Below are positions 49,906-62,860 of a DNA stretch of 64,000 nt, piece by piece (the first letter of the stretch is position 1; each line of letters opens with the position of its first letter). The DNA is from Sarea resinae (lineage: Eukaryota). The stretch lies in NCBI GenBank assembly GCA_026026165.1, contig JAPEUD010000046.1, forward strand, positions 124,001 through 188,000. The letters are read 5' to 3'. Below the pieces are notes generated by a model. It made no database searches. It worked only from the letters and a program-made list of their open reading frames with translations, and was not told where the DNA came from. The translations under genes were made by a program, and so were the position numbers.

Positions 49906-52199
49906 ATGGATGAGGCCAAGGTTCCCTCCGCGTATGGCGACGAGACGAAGTCGGCCGAGGCCCACGGCGAGCCCGTCCCGGAAGAAGGAGGGACGGCGGT
50001 GACCTCAAACGGCCTTCAGCGCAAATTGCAAGCTCGACATATTCAGGTCCGTTGATATGGCTTCAGCTCGCCAGTGATGCTGTGGCTAATGATTTCACCA
50101 TCTGATTTAGATGATCGCCATTGGCTCCAATATTGGTACGGGCCTCTTCATCGGATCCGGGAAAGCTCTTCATACCGGCGGACCTCTTGCCCTCGTCTTG
50201 GGCTTTATCATGATCAGTTTGTCTCTGACGGTGATGATGCAATGTCTGGGGGAGATGGCCGTCGTCATCCCGGTTTCCGGCAGTTTCACGAGATATGCTT
50301 CACGATTCTACGACCCTTCGTTGGGCTTTGCGATGGGCTGGCAATATTGGCTGGCTTGGGTCGCCGTTTTCGGAGCCGAATCTTCGGCGTTTGTGGTAAG
50401 CTATTTTACCTATCTTGCGGGTTGAGACCAAAGAGATCGAAACGGACAACCCAGCCGGCCGAGCATCCTCACGCTTGAGACCCCAGACTCTGGAGCATAG
50501 CTTTCTGTCCCCCTCACACGAATGCTACGATAGTTCCAGCCCTGTGCCGGTCCCCGAGAGGATACAATTCGGTGCAATGTGATCTCAACCATTTGCATTC
50601 TCTCCGACCTAGACTTTATGAACGCCAAGATGCTTCCGAGGCTCAACCTGCATTGATTCATTTGGTGCCATAAGCTCACGTTCATAGCTCCTCATCAATT
50701 TCTGGGACGACAATTCCAACTTGACGCCTCTTTGGATATCCATCTTCTTGATGATCAATTTCGCTATCCACGTCTGCCCCGTCCGTGTCTTCGGGGAGGT
50801 CGAGTTCTGGGTCAGCGCCATGAAAGTAATTGCCGTCGTGGTCTTTATCATTGTTGTCTGGGCCGTCATGGGAGGTACGTCGAACATTTATCGCAGTCGG
50901 GATACGTTCCTAATCACCGTCGACAGGCGCCGGCCCCAATGGTCACAAGCATGGTGCTGAATACTGGCATCTTGAAGGCTTGGACAATGGATTGGTAGGC
51001 TGCTTCCTTTTTTGCAAGCTCAAGAGACAGAATTTTTTGCTACGATTTAGACTAGCACTGTCTGCTGAACTTATCAATTTTTGCCTAAATCAACGGCACT
51101 ACGTGCAATGTGCAGGCTGACATTTCTCGTCTAGCACAACGGATTCAAGGGACTGGCTGCCGTGTTCGTTACTGCAGCTTTTGCGGCTGGTGGGACAGAA
51201 ATGGTCGGTATTGTTGCCGGAGAAGCCCAGAATCCTCGATACAATCTCCCGCGGGCCATCCGCACGCTCATGTGGCGTATCTTCTTGTTCTACGTCGTGT
51301 CGATGCTGTTCTTGACATTCGTGGTCCCCTACAACGAAGACGGCTTGCTCGGCACCAGCAATGCCAACAGTTCACCTTTCGTACTGGCCATCAAAAGTGC
51401 TGGCATCAAGGTGTTACCACATATCCTGAACGCCGTGGTTATGGTTTGTGTGTGCAGTGTTGGCAGTACGAGTGTCTACATCGCCTCTAGAACATTGAAG
51501 GGCATGGCCGAAGATGGCTTTGCTTTCAAATTCTTTGCGCGAACCGACCGCCATGGCCGCCCATATGTTGCCCTTATATTCTCGGGAGCTGTTTGCACCA
51601 TCCTTGCATACCTGAATTGCAGTAGCACAGGCGCTACTGTTTTCGGATGGTTAGCTCCTCTCCGTTAGTCCTGGGTGCAGCCACTGATCTCCATCGTATA
51701 GGTTTTCCGCCATTTCTGGTATGGCATTCTTCATCGCCTGGCTGGTGATCATCGCCTCCAATTGGCGATTCCACGCGGCTCTGAAAGCTCAGAATGACGA
51801 TACCTTGGAGCGAAGATTTGCGTTTAGAGCTTTCGGCTGGCCATGGCTGTCCATTGCAGCCTTCATCGCCATCTTCTTCATGGTCGTCTGCCAGTTTATA
51901 GTCTCGGTCTGGCCGATCCACAAGAAGTCGAGCGCGTCGACGTTCTTTTCAAACTACATCGGAGTGCCCATTTTCCTGGTCATGTGGGCTGGCTACAAGG
52001 TCATCTATCGACCCAAATGGCAGAAATTGGTGAGCCTCATGAAAGACGTCAATCCAATGCAAATACTGATGAGTGTTTTTAGACCGAGGTTGATCTGCAG
52101 ACTGGCCGGCGCGAGGAGGACCCCGAGGAGATTGCGATGCTGGAGCACTATCACTCGCTCAGCAGATGGCAGAGGGCGGTCTCTTATTTGCATTTCTAG
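49906..52199 (+). CDS. Amino-acid permease (APC superfamily, YAT family), multi-exon
   Basis: LQRKLQARHIQ/MIAIGSNIGTGLFIGSG, GEMA...SGSF..YA.RF, FGEVEFW...KV, AAFAAGGTE, SPFVLAI, SRTL.GMA.DG motifs; terminal exon EVDLQTGRRE..YLHF*. Confidence 0.92.
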
Positions 52200-52861
52200 T
52201 GTTCGCGTATATATATACTATGACTTCGACTGAAACCTTCTTGCCCTTCGATTTCACTGGCATGGGTTGGACTCCGTGTAGAGGCGTACAGGGAAGAGAA
52301 AACCTATCGGCTGGGCCGATGATGTAAAGAGTAATGACCCTGTTACCCCATGATGTGGCAGCGGGAAGAGGGGGCGGAGAAACGAGGCCAGAAAGAAATG
52401 GAAGATGGAAGGATTGATCTGACGCGGGTGGTCTCGCTTCCTGCCGGCTCCATCGATCTCCGGCGTTCCGCTTGAGCAATCATCAAGGCGACGCATCCCA
52501 AGGTATCGTAGTACTAGGTTGGGCCTCGATAGATTTAAGTTCGATTTGACCCTAAGGTAATGCCTTCAATAACGAACGAATGCGTCACTGTATTAGATGC
52601 TCACAAATCATCGCGGCAACAACTGGTGATCGGTCCTCGTCGTTGCAGCTCGCCATCTGATCTCTTTGTCCCTCGCCATTCCCCGCGACGGGTCGCAAGC
52701 GCAAGCGCAAGCGGTGCTTGCATGTGACCTACGTCGTAACTCACGGATTACGAAGGCGATCAAGAACATCCTCTGGCGCTGCTTCGTTCTTTTGAACATT
52801 CGTCGTCCTCCGCAGCATTCTCCCAGGTGGTGGCTGGTTGCCTGCTTCTTCCCATCTCAGC

Positions 52862-54088
52862 ATGGCAGAGCCTATCCCTCCGCCAGACCTGCGGAGCTTG
52901 CTGCCACCATTTCTCGCCTGCCTATCCGTCGCTTTAGCATCCGTCGATCCTCCGCCTGCGCTATTGCCATTATTATCGCCTGTCCTGCGACACAGACTAC
53001 AGTTCCTCTCGTCAACTGCATCTTCGCCGTCAGAGCACTGGCTACCTCTACTGTGCTGGGACGCCGAACAAGGATCGAAGCTGCCAAGCGTTGTCCAGCG
53101 AGACGCATTTGAGCTGCATCCCGTTTCCGGTGAGATCGAGCTGCCAGACGTCGAGAACTTGTGCTTCAATCAGGTGGACGATGAAACCCTTCGCGCACAG
53201 GCCGTACTCGAAGAATTCGGTCTGGTCGTGATATACCTCTGGTGCGAAAAGGATGTTGAAGGAGGGAGCGGATGGAGGGTGGCCGAGTTGAACACTCTGG
53301 AGGACGGTGGTCGGGAGCGGGGAGGGCCATGGTCAGACAGCATCGAGGAAGCAAGAGCGAGGTGGAACGGAGACTATGAGGATGATGGCGTCACAATAGA
53401 TACTCCCGATTCACGACTCTACGAAGATCAAGATGATGAGGACGAAGAGGATGATGACGACGACAGTGACGACGACGACGATGACGACTACTGGGACCAG
53501 TATGATAGAACCCCAGGCAGGACACCAGCTGCGCCTCGTTCACCCGTCCCAAAGCCTAACACGGCCGCTCGCGGACGTTCCGCGTCAGAAGCTGAATACT
53601 TTGCGAGGTATCACGAAACCGAGCAGACCATTGACGGAGAGGATGCTGTGGAGGATCAGACAGCGGTTGAAGAATCCACGCTGAATGGCGGCACGATCGA
53701 AAGAGCTCTTCTTGCGGCTCAGGTGGCCACCCTCGATGAGCCTACTCCAACTGAGGAAGACCCCTTCAGGAGCGAGTCGTCTCATCCGCCTCCGTATTCG
53801 GCGCTGGAACACTCGGCGCCCGAACAAGCGCCCGAAGAGGACGTCAAGCAGCCAGAGCTGAGTCAGCCTCGTCCGTCATTCTCATCCGGAGGCGAGGAGA
53901 CCGTTGCCCGTCTGGAGGAGACGGCGGCTACACAATCAAACTCGGAGAATGGCGTCACCCAGCACATCCGAAGAAGCGTGAGGAGTCTGTATCATCTGGC
54001 TCACAGCGCTGGCATCCAACGGGACGAGTTTGCCAGGGTGGTGCGAACAGAGATGGACAATCTGAGCTTGGAGGAAGAGGAGGAGTGA
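52862..54088 (+). CDS. Conserved fungal hypothetical acidic protein
   Basis: IPPPDLRSLLPPFLACL..LLSPVLRHRLQFL..WLPLLCW..FELHPVSGEIEL, poly-D tract, DYWDQYDRTPGRTP; single exon. Confidence 0.8.
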   Translation: MAEPIPPPDLRSLLPPFLACLSVALASVDPPPALLPLLSPVLRHRLQFLSSTASSPSEHWLPLLCWDAEQGSKLPSVVQRDAFELHPVSGEIELPDVENLCFNQVDDETLRAQAVLEEFGLVVIYLWCEKDVEGGSGWRVAELNTLEDGGRERGGPWSDSIEEARARWNGDYEDDGVTIDTPDSRLYEDQDDEDEEDDDDDSDDDDDDDYWDQYDRTPGRTPAAPRSPVPKPNTAARGRSASEAEYFARYHETEQTIDGEDAVEDQTAVEESTLNGGTIERALLAAQVATLDEPTPTEEDPFRSESSHPPPYSALEHSAPEQAPEEDVKQPELSQPRPSFSSGGEETVARLEETAATQSNSENGVTQHIRRSVRSLYHLAHSAGIQRDEFARVVRTEMDNLSLEEEEE

Positions 54089-54806
54089 GCAGGATATTCT
54101 CTTATCGTCTCCATCCTCCTTTAGCGCTCGTGCATTTCTATTGGCGTATTCTTCACCGGAGTGGGGATTGTTTGGCGTTAGAGGCGATTGCCCCTAACGA
54201 TACCTTGGGTTTACTGTATTACTGTATTACGCCTGAAGCGGTGGTTTCTACTCCACCTGTGTATCCATCCATCTCTGCTGTAGAGGTCTTGGCAGCAGAG
54301 CATCGAACAGTGTTTACTTGATGTCCCAGAATGAGGTAATGCTAGCTGTGCGCAGGTCATAGAAAAGTCAAAAGGGGTGGAGGGGGTCATAGCCCCTAAA
54401 GACTCGAGGTAGAGCGGCTAGGGAGGTGGGAGGTGGGGTGGTCTCAGCTCAGATCGCCTCGCCGGGTAAGGCCGAAGAGGTGACAAGTGTTACGAACTCG
54501 GACATTATTTACTGTGTATTCGTACACCAGCAAGGGATGATCAATTGAGCCTGGAAAATCTTTAGATGTGGCCCGTCCACTTGTTCTTTTTTCCTCAACG
54601 TTCAGCATTCATCAGCATCCCGCATTCAACTTTCAACCCTATTCGACGTTCATTTGACTTCCACATTCGTTTCTTTGCTTCATCCGCCCTGTTCTTCTCC
54701 AGTCCATGTTCAACCCGTCTCCGTGAGGTCTTCGTAGCCAAGTCTCGCATAACAGTACACTGGTGTTGACGCGCAAGCAACTGACGAGTCTGCCTGCCTG
54801 CCCATC

Positions 54807-57281
54807 ATGGCGTCGGCCTCTCCCCCTTCTGTACGACATCGCGGTCCTAAAAAGGCAACCGCCTCCTCTCCAGCACCCACCTCGCAAGATGACGATTTTG
54901 GCGTCGTGGCCGCAAAGGTGAAGAGGTCGACGAAACGGGCAGCAGGCTCAGGATGGGATTATAAAGTGGCCCTCGCTGTCGTTACGGTGCTGGCATTTGC
55001 AACGAGATTCTGGGGCCTCAGCCACCCCAACGAAGTGGTCTTTGACGAGGTGCATTTTGGAAAGGTGAGTGCGCTTTACCAGATTCCCGATTGTCGAACG
55101 CTGACCCAGCCATTGTTCGCGGTAGTTCGCTTCCTATTACCTCCAGCGCACATACTTCTTCGATGTTCACCCCCCGTTTGGAAAGCTCCTCTTTGCGTTC
55201 ATGGGATGGCTGGTTGGCTACGACGGGCACTTTCTCTTCGACAACATTGGCGATTCGTACGTCGATAACAAGGTCCCTTATGTGGCTTTCCGTTCCGTGC
55301 CCGCCCTCCTCGGAGCTCTCACGGTCATCAATGTGTTCCTCATCATGTGGGAATCGGGATATTCTGTACCGGCAGCGGTGCTCGCCGCGGGACTGATGAT
55401 ATTCGACAATGCGCATATCGGACAGACCCGGCTGATTCTCTTGGACGCGACCCTCGTGTTCTTCATGTCCTTGAGCGTGCTGAGCTACATTCGCTTCTAT
55501 AAGCTGCGCCACGAAGCCTTTGGCCGCAAATGGTGGAAATGGCTGCTTCTGACCGGCGTGTCTCTGAGCTGCGTTATATCTACCAAATACGTGGGTGCCT
55601 TCACCTTCTTCACCATTGGTTCCGCTGTCGTCATCGACCTCTGGGGCCTGCTCGACATCAATCGCAAGGGTGGAGCTCTCACGCTTCCGGACTTTGGCAA
55701 GCACGTTTTTGCTCGAGCGTTCGGACTGATCTTGGTTCCATTTCTGCTCTTCCTGTTTTGGTTCCAGGTTCACTTTGCCGTTCTGACCCGATCAGGTCCG
55801 GGCGATGACTTTATGTCGCCCCAGTTCCAAGAGACCCTGAGCGATAATCTCATGGTCATGCAATCTGTTGGCATTGACTATTACGACACTATCACCATCA
55901 AGCACAAGGAGACCAAGATCTACCTGCACAGCCACCCGGATACCTATCCCCTTCGATACGACGATGGGCGGGTTTCGAGCCAAGGCCAACAGGTGACCGG
56001 ATATCCGCACAACGACACGAATAACCACTGGCAAATCCTTCCTGCAAAGGACTATCCCGAGAACAGTCTGTTCGGGCATCACGTTCGGAACAATGAACTG
56101 ATCAGACTTCGCCACGTCGGAACTGACACTATTCTCTTGACTCATGACGTGGCCAGCCCATACTACCCCACAAATCAAGAATTCACCACGGTTCCCTTGG
56201 CGGAAGCAAATGGGGACCGATATGACGATACCCTATTCGAACTGAAGCTCGACAGCGGCAAGGACGACCAGGAATTCAAGAGCATGTCGGGACATTTCAA
56301 GCTTGTCCATCACCCGACCAAAGTTGCCATGTGGACTCATGTGAAACCTCTACCGGATTGGGCCTATGGGCAAGCCGAAATCAATGGCAACAAGAACATC
56401 CAACAGAGCGGTAATACGTGGTATGTCGAGGATATCCCATCTCTGCCCGAAGAGAACGATCGCGTGAAGAGGGAACCGCGTACGGTCAAGACAATGCCCT
56501 TTTACAAGAAATATTTCGAGCTGCAACGAGCAATGTTCTTCCACAACAATGCCTTGACCAGCAGTCATCCTTATGCCAGTTCTCCCATCCAGTGGCCTTT
56601 TCTACTGAGAGGTGTCAGTTTCTGGACGCACAATGATACCCGACAGCAAATCTATTTCCTCGGGAACCCCGTCGGATGGTGGATTGCTAGCAGTGTCCTT
56701 GCCATCTTCGCCGGCATTGTAGGCGCGGATCAACTCTCGCTGAGGCGAGGAATCGATGCTCTAGATGAACGTAAGTCTTGCATTTCTCCATCCTCTCTTG
56801 CTTCCTTCTAATTCTAACCCCAGTCTGGGGCCCAGGTACCCGCTCTCACCTCTACAACTCTGTTGGCTTCTTCTTTATCGCCTGGGCGGCCCACTATCTT
56901 CCATTCTACCTCATGGGCCGTCAGCTCTTCCTTCATCATTACCTGCCCGCTCATCTCGCGTCCTGTCTTGTAACGGGCGCTCTCGTTGAATTCATCTTCA
57001 ACGTCGAACCGCTCGGTGTCGATGACCCGGTTGATGGCGTCGTCTCCGATGGCAAGGGCGGAAAGAAGAAGCCCACGAGCAGCAGGCGTCGGGGCTCAGC
57101 TCGAGAGCGACTGGGTTCACAATCCCTCCGAGCTGCTTGGGCGGCCACCGTCGTCGTGCTCTCCGCCGTCATCTGGAGCTGGTGGTTCTTCGTGCCGCTG
57201 ACCTATGGTAAGCCAGGCTTAGACGTTGCACAGGTGAATGCCAGGAAGTGGCTTGGCTATGACCTGCACTTTGCCAAGTAG
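54807..57281 (+). CDS. PMT4: Dolichyl-phosphate-mannose:protein O-mannosyltransferase, PMT4 subfamily (3 exons)
   Basis: VVFDEVHFGK/FASYYLQRTYFFDVHPPFGKLL, MIR domains (YLHSHPDTYPLRYDDGRVSSQGQQVTGY), GRQLFLHHYLP; introns at about 55065-55125 and 56771-56836. Confidence 0.95.
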
Positions 57282-58118
57282 GGCAAGATGGACACGACAA
57301 GAACGAATGCGAGACCAGTGCCTCTGGACATGCATGATGCGTGCCGTGGCCGATCTCGCCTGTAGACGCCAGGTAGATGTAAACTTTTATCGCTGGTGGG
57401 GATTCTGGTGTTGTAGGATTAGCGTTTTTCCTTTTCATTGCGTTGTGGTCGCTTTGGTTGGGTCGTGAAGAGAGAAGACAGATCTAATTAAAAGCAACGA
57501 ATTAAGAGACCATCGAGCACGACCATCAAGCATGTGGCGATCGTTCCGTAGATTGGTCTGGGGGTGAGTTGTCCAGGTATTGCAAGCTGATCAGACGTGC
57601 AATGACGACGATATCATTTTGTAAGAATTCCGCAAAAGATAGCACTGCAGATGCGGCGGCGAGCACGGTGAGCAGATGTCAATGGAGGTCAGAAAAAGAA
57701 ACGGGATCATCATTATGATACACAGAGTACAAAGATGGGTGTAGATGGCCCCAGAGAAGAAATATCTATCTTTCCCTCCCCCCTTCTCGATCGGTCCGCG
57801 CGAGTCCGCTTCCGCTTCGGAATCTCAAGCTAGCAATGATGCATGCATGCGTGCAAAGAAAGATCCAACCCCCCCACCACACACGATGCATCACACAAGC
57901 TCGACAAGCTCGGCTTCGATATGTATGAATGGCACCCGAGTCCGTCAGTCTATTTCCCATGGCGTCCCTTTTGTTCTCCGTAAAGAGCTTCTCTCTTTCT
58001 TCCTGCGCGGCCCCATCTTATCCTCGTTGATACCATCGTCTCTACCGCTTCTGCTTTACTTTCGCCCCTCTTCCTTGCTCTCCTCCATCGTCTTCCCCGC
58101 GCCCAGGTGAGTGGGCAT

Positions 58119-58643
58119 CTATTTCTTCGCCTCCTGGGCCACCTTGGACACTAGCCAGGCTTCTAGGTCGAATCGCGAGTCGTTGGGATCCGAGATGACT
58201 GCAGCAGAGAGGACATGTCAGTCCCATCATTGAGGGTGAAATATCACAAGCAAGCGGGAGAATGATGGCTTGGGATTCATGGAAAATGGCTGATTGAGGG
58301 AAGGAGAGGAAAGCAAAGGCGAAGGGAGCGAAGGAAAGACACGTACTGTGACCGCTGGCGGTCTTCTGATCCGGCGGCAGTTGATGCTCGACCCAGGCCT
58401 CCTTTGCCTGCGCAATCAGCGCCTCCTTGTGCTTGTACTCGCGGTCAATCTGGGCCACCTTTGCCGAGGCGGATAGCGAGGCCTGGTGGTAGACACCGTA
58501 GAGCACGCCGGTGATCAGGGCCGAGTAGCGGAGCACCTGCTGATGGGTTAGATGGTCCCAACCCGCCATATCAGCTAGCTAGAGACTGGATCGCGCCCGG
58601 AGACAGGGATTGAACGTACATTGACGCCGCTGGAGGTCGACAT
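58119..58643 (-). CDS. ATP21: Mitochondrial ATP synthase subunit e (3 exons)
   Basis: Spliced MSTSSGVN/VLRYSALITGVLYGVYHQ (GxxxG)...EYKHKEALIAQAKEAW.../VISDPNDSRFDLEAWL..*. Confidence 0.88.
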
Positions 58644-59141
58644 GATGACGGTGTGCGAAGGGGCAGTTGGACGTGTGTCGAGGGAGCTTCGACGGGGCTG
58701 GTCCGGGGAACGAAGAGATTGGCGACGGGGTCAACTAGCCCGGCAATTGCCAATGGTTCGAGGGAGGAGAGCGGAGTGTGGGGGTGGAGTGGAGAGGAGA
58801 GGGCGCTGGAGGAATGCGATGGGGCAGGGCGACGTCCTCTTGCACGATGGGAGATGGATAATTGAATAGCTTCGAAAAGGCGGAGATTGAAGAAGTTCGT
58901 GATTTGACTGACGGGGACGAAGATTGAAGCGATTCATTCAAGCGATTCCCTCCGAGCACCCGACGGGGTGAAGAGGTGGCCGTGCTTATGTAAGCAGCTT
59001 CGACCTTTGGCCACAACATAACGCGGAACATGCCCCAATGCGGAAATCAACACTGAGGGTTCGACCATGTGCACGCCGTCTTGCTGTCATTGCTGCTCAC
59101 CCCTCCTCGCCCGCTGCTGATTATTTTCCCTTTCACACATC

Positions 59142-61459
59142 ATGCAGCAACGCAAGGACGAGATCCTCGCCAAGAAGGCGAAGCTCGCCGAGCTCAAACG
59201 GCAGCGAGAGCTGCGGCAGAAGGAGTTCTCAGCCAGTCGGCAGAGCGTCGGTGATGCATCTGAGGTGAGAGGATGCTCGATCGTGTGGACTGTAAAGCTT
59301 TTGACTTACTGTCTGGCAGCTCATATCACCTACGCCTGGCCGCGCCGACAATCGCAAGGAGCTCGAGAGCTTGATCTCCAGTCTGGTGGGCGAGAGCAGG
59401 CCGGGCTCGGCCGGACCCCGAGAAGGGGAATCGTCGACTCCCATCGCCAGAGCCAGTCGACCGAATTCGGTCCTGAGTGCCGGCCAACTCAGCATCGATA
59501 CGACCGATTTGATCAGCCCCCCTGCCTTTGCACCAACTGCCGCACCTCAGACACAATGGCCTACGCCGACTCCTCAGACCCTGTCGACGGCTCCTCCATC
59601 CATAGTCTACGAGTTTGCGCCAGCTCCGGTGCGAGAGGTCCTCTCGTACAGCAAAGGCGTCCAGACGACCGAGCCGTGGTCACCTCAGCGGCGGCGATCT
59701 TCGGACTTTTCCGAACCCTCGGACGAAGAGCGCTCGTTGTCTCGAACACCGCGGGCGAACAAGCGACTGAGCAGGAGGGAGCGGGAGCGGGATGAGGAGC
59801 TGCGACAGAATCTGCGACGGGAGATAGAAGAGGAACTCAGAGCTCTACGCGAGCCGGTGCCCGAGGGGCCTGCGAGTGAAGCAGCACAGGCTGGTGAAGC
59901 GCAGCAGAATTTCCCCGCTCGGACGCTGACGAATGAGGAGCTCAATGCCGTGACCTCGTCGGATGACTTTATGGACTTTGTGGAGCGGTCGAGCAAGGTC
60001 ATCGAGAGGGCTCTGGATGAGGAATACGACGTCTTGGCCGATTATGCGCTCCGAGGGATGAGCGGTGTGGACGATGATGACGACGAATATGGCGGTGCAC
60101 ATGGAAAGAAGGGGAGACGGATAAAGGAGATTGCGCAGTTTTGGGACGAGCGATGGAGCAAGAAACGTATGGTCAGCGATATTGGGTTCTCTCCAAAGGT
60201 ATCAATGGCAGCCTATCGTATGTGGACCGGTATTGACAGTTTTGCAGTTCCCTGAGCTGGTGCTTGCTTCCTACACGAAAAACCCTTCGGCGCCTCACGA
60301 CCCCGATGGTCTGGTACAGGTCTGGAATCTCCACCTCCACGATCGCCCCGAATACATCTTCCACGCACAATCCGACATCCTCACCGCCAAGTTCTCCCCG
60401 TTCCACCCCAACCTCATCATCGGCGGCTCCTACAGCGGCCAAGTGCTCCTCTGGGACACGCGCGCTAAATCTGCCCCCGTGCAGAAAACCCCCCTGACGG
60501 GCTCTGGCCACACGCACCCAGTCTACTCTGTCGACATTGTCGGCACCCAGAACGCCAACAACGTCATCACCTGTTCCACCGATGGCGTCGTCTGCGGCTG
60601 GTCCGTCGACATGTTGAGCCAGCCCCAGGAATTCCTCGAACTGACCACGCCTCCCCCCGCCAAAACCGAAGACCTCTCCCCGACTTGTCTCTCCTTTCCC
60701 CAAGCCGACCCTACGTATTTTCTGGTCGGCACCGAGGAAGGGTCCATCTACCCGTGCCACCGTTACGATCGCGCCGGTGCGAAAGCGGGCGTCGATCAAC
60801 GCGTCTCGTATCGCGGCCACGCCGCCCCTGTCATGTCGCTCGACTTCCACCCGGCGCGCGGCCCCATCGACCTTGGCGACCTCGTCCTCTCCTCTTCTCT
60901 CGACTGGAGTGTCAAGCTCTGGAAAGCACGCGCCCCGGCTGCAACGTCGACGTCTACCGTGCCCGGCGGTGGCATGACCAACGTAGCCACGCCCGTGCTC
61001 GACATGGTGCGCGAGGACGTCGTGTACGACGCCAAGTGGTCCCCGGTCAAGCCGGGCGTCTTCGCGCTCGTCGACGGCGCCGGCAATCTCGAGATCTGGG
61101 ATCTGCTCGTCGACACGGAGATTCCGGTCGTCAAGACGACGCCGAGCCATCATCTGTTCAGTCACCGGCCCGCTACTACCGCAGGCGGTGCTGGTTCCTC
61201 GTCGCTTTCCATTCCGCCGTCGGCGAGTCTCATGACTAAGAGTCTGAACAAGGTCGCTTGGGAGGCGATCGATGGGAAGAGAGTCGCCGTCGGTGGTCTG
61301 AGTGGTGTCGTCTCTGTCTTTGAGGTCGGCAACGAGCTCGGCGGGCTCGAGGGCGTCAGGGGCGAGGAGTGGGCAGGCGTTAAGAAGCTGGTCGCTCGGC
61401 TTGATGGTGGTGGTGCTAGTAGTAGTGGTGGGGGAATGACCAATGGAGTGAAGGGGTGA
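59142..61459 (+). CDS. nudI: Cytoplasmic dynein intermediate chain (WD40), 3 exons
   Basis: N-terminal coiled coil MQQRKDEILAKKAKLAELKRQRELR, light-chain site YSKGVQT, SSKVIERAL, WD40 repeats (FPELVLASY, FSPFHPNLIIGG, SSLDWSVKLW); introns at about 59265-59319 and 60199-60247. Confidence 0.94.
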
Positions 61460-62109
61460 GCATGGAGATGGAGATGGAGATTTTGTGTCTGTGTGTTTGT
61501 TTGGCGGCGCTTAGCGTTGGTTTGCACTCCTATGTCTTTCTTGAATTCTATTCTGTTCTGTGTCTGGGACGTTGGCTTGCTCGCTCTCTTGCTCACCCAC
61601 TCACACATACCAGCCCTGCGTTTTCTTCTTCCTCTTTTTCCTTTTCTTTCTCTTCCTCCTCTTTTCGACCGTCACCAACATTCGTCAGCATTCATCACTC
61701 AACCTGTACTTGTAAGACGGCGTCAAAGCCCGTAAGACTGATAAGATATCCACTCGCCCGCCCTGATCGACAGGGAAAGATTCCTCATCGAGAGACGAGC
61801 ATTCCTCTCTTCCACTCTTCCTTCCATCGTCCCCCATTTCGCCGTCGGTAATCAGGTAATCTTCTGTCATCCGTCTACCGTGTTTGATTCTTTGCGGAAT
61901 TCCTAAGTAGGTAGGTAGGTAGGCAGTTAGCTGTACGAGAGCGAGGAGCTTCTTTCCCGCCCTATCCTACAGCGATAACGAGTCGGAGCGCCATCCACCA
62001 TCCACATCCACATCCACACTTATGCCACCCCATCTTATCCCATTGCATCCTATTCCGTGCGACCTTCTTCCTTCCAGCATCATCACAGACAGCCCTAGGC
62101 TCCGAACAC

Positions 62110-62123
62110 ACGCACACAGACAC

Positions 62124-62154
<31 letters not shown>

Positions 62155-62706
62155 TACATACACGCCGCCCAGCGTCGCCCGCCCGCTGGCTCCTTTGATT
62201 CTCTGAGGAGCGCTAGAGCGGGTGTATGAATAGTTTGCTATGCTATGCTTGATTTATTTTATCTTATCTTATCTTGATTGCTGTTATTGCTGTTGTTGTT
62301 CTTATCCTTGTTGTGATGCAGCTACCTAGTTAGTGCTTTTGATTCCCAAGTGTTGTTGAGTTTGATTCATATCGAGGAGTAAATTGACGATTTGAATTGC
62401 GTGCTTGCTTGACCCTGGCTGTGATATATATTCTTTTCACGATTTGCTCTTCTCTTCGCTCTTATTGATGACTTATTAATTGAATGCTTGATTTATTCAG
62501 ATAAGAAGATGAGGATTCATGTCTATTGGTTTATGTACAGGGTATCGTATCATACATCACACTTGATAGAAAGGGGAAGAAACAAAGGAGACCAGCGAGT
62601 CCTCCGTTTCAAGCCAGCGTTGGCCCATATATACAGTGACCGCTGGAAGCGCTGCTGGCCGGATTACTTCAAAACAAGACTACACACACACACACACACA
62701 CACACA
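62110..62706. repeat. Microsatellites (CATACA)n at about 62120-62162 and (CA)n at about 62683-62706
   Basis: Directly visible tandem units. Confidence 0.85.
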
Positions 62707-62860
62707 CCCAAAAGCATCGTTTCAAGGGAAACTCACCAGGACTGCTTTTCAGGCCCCAAGTTTGTTCGTTTCCTTCTTCCGTCCTTCCGACCAAGCCACA
62801 CTAACACCCCGAACAGCCTCAGGCCCGACAATACACACTCCTGGCCACAGCGCATTATTA

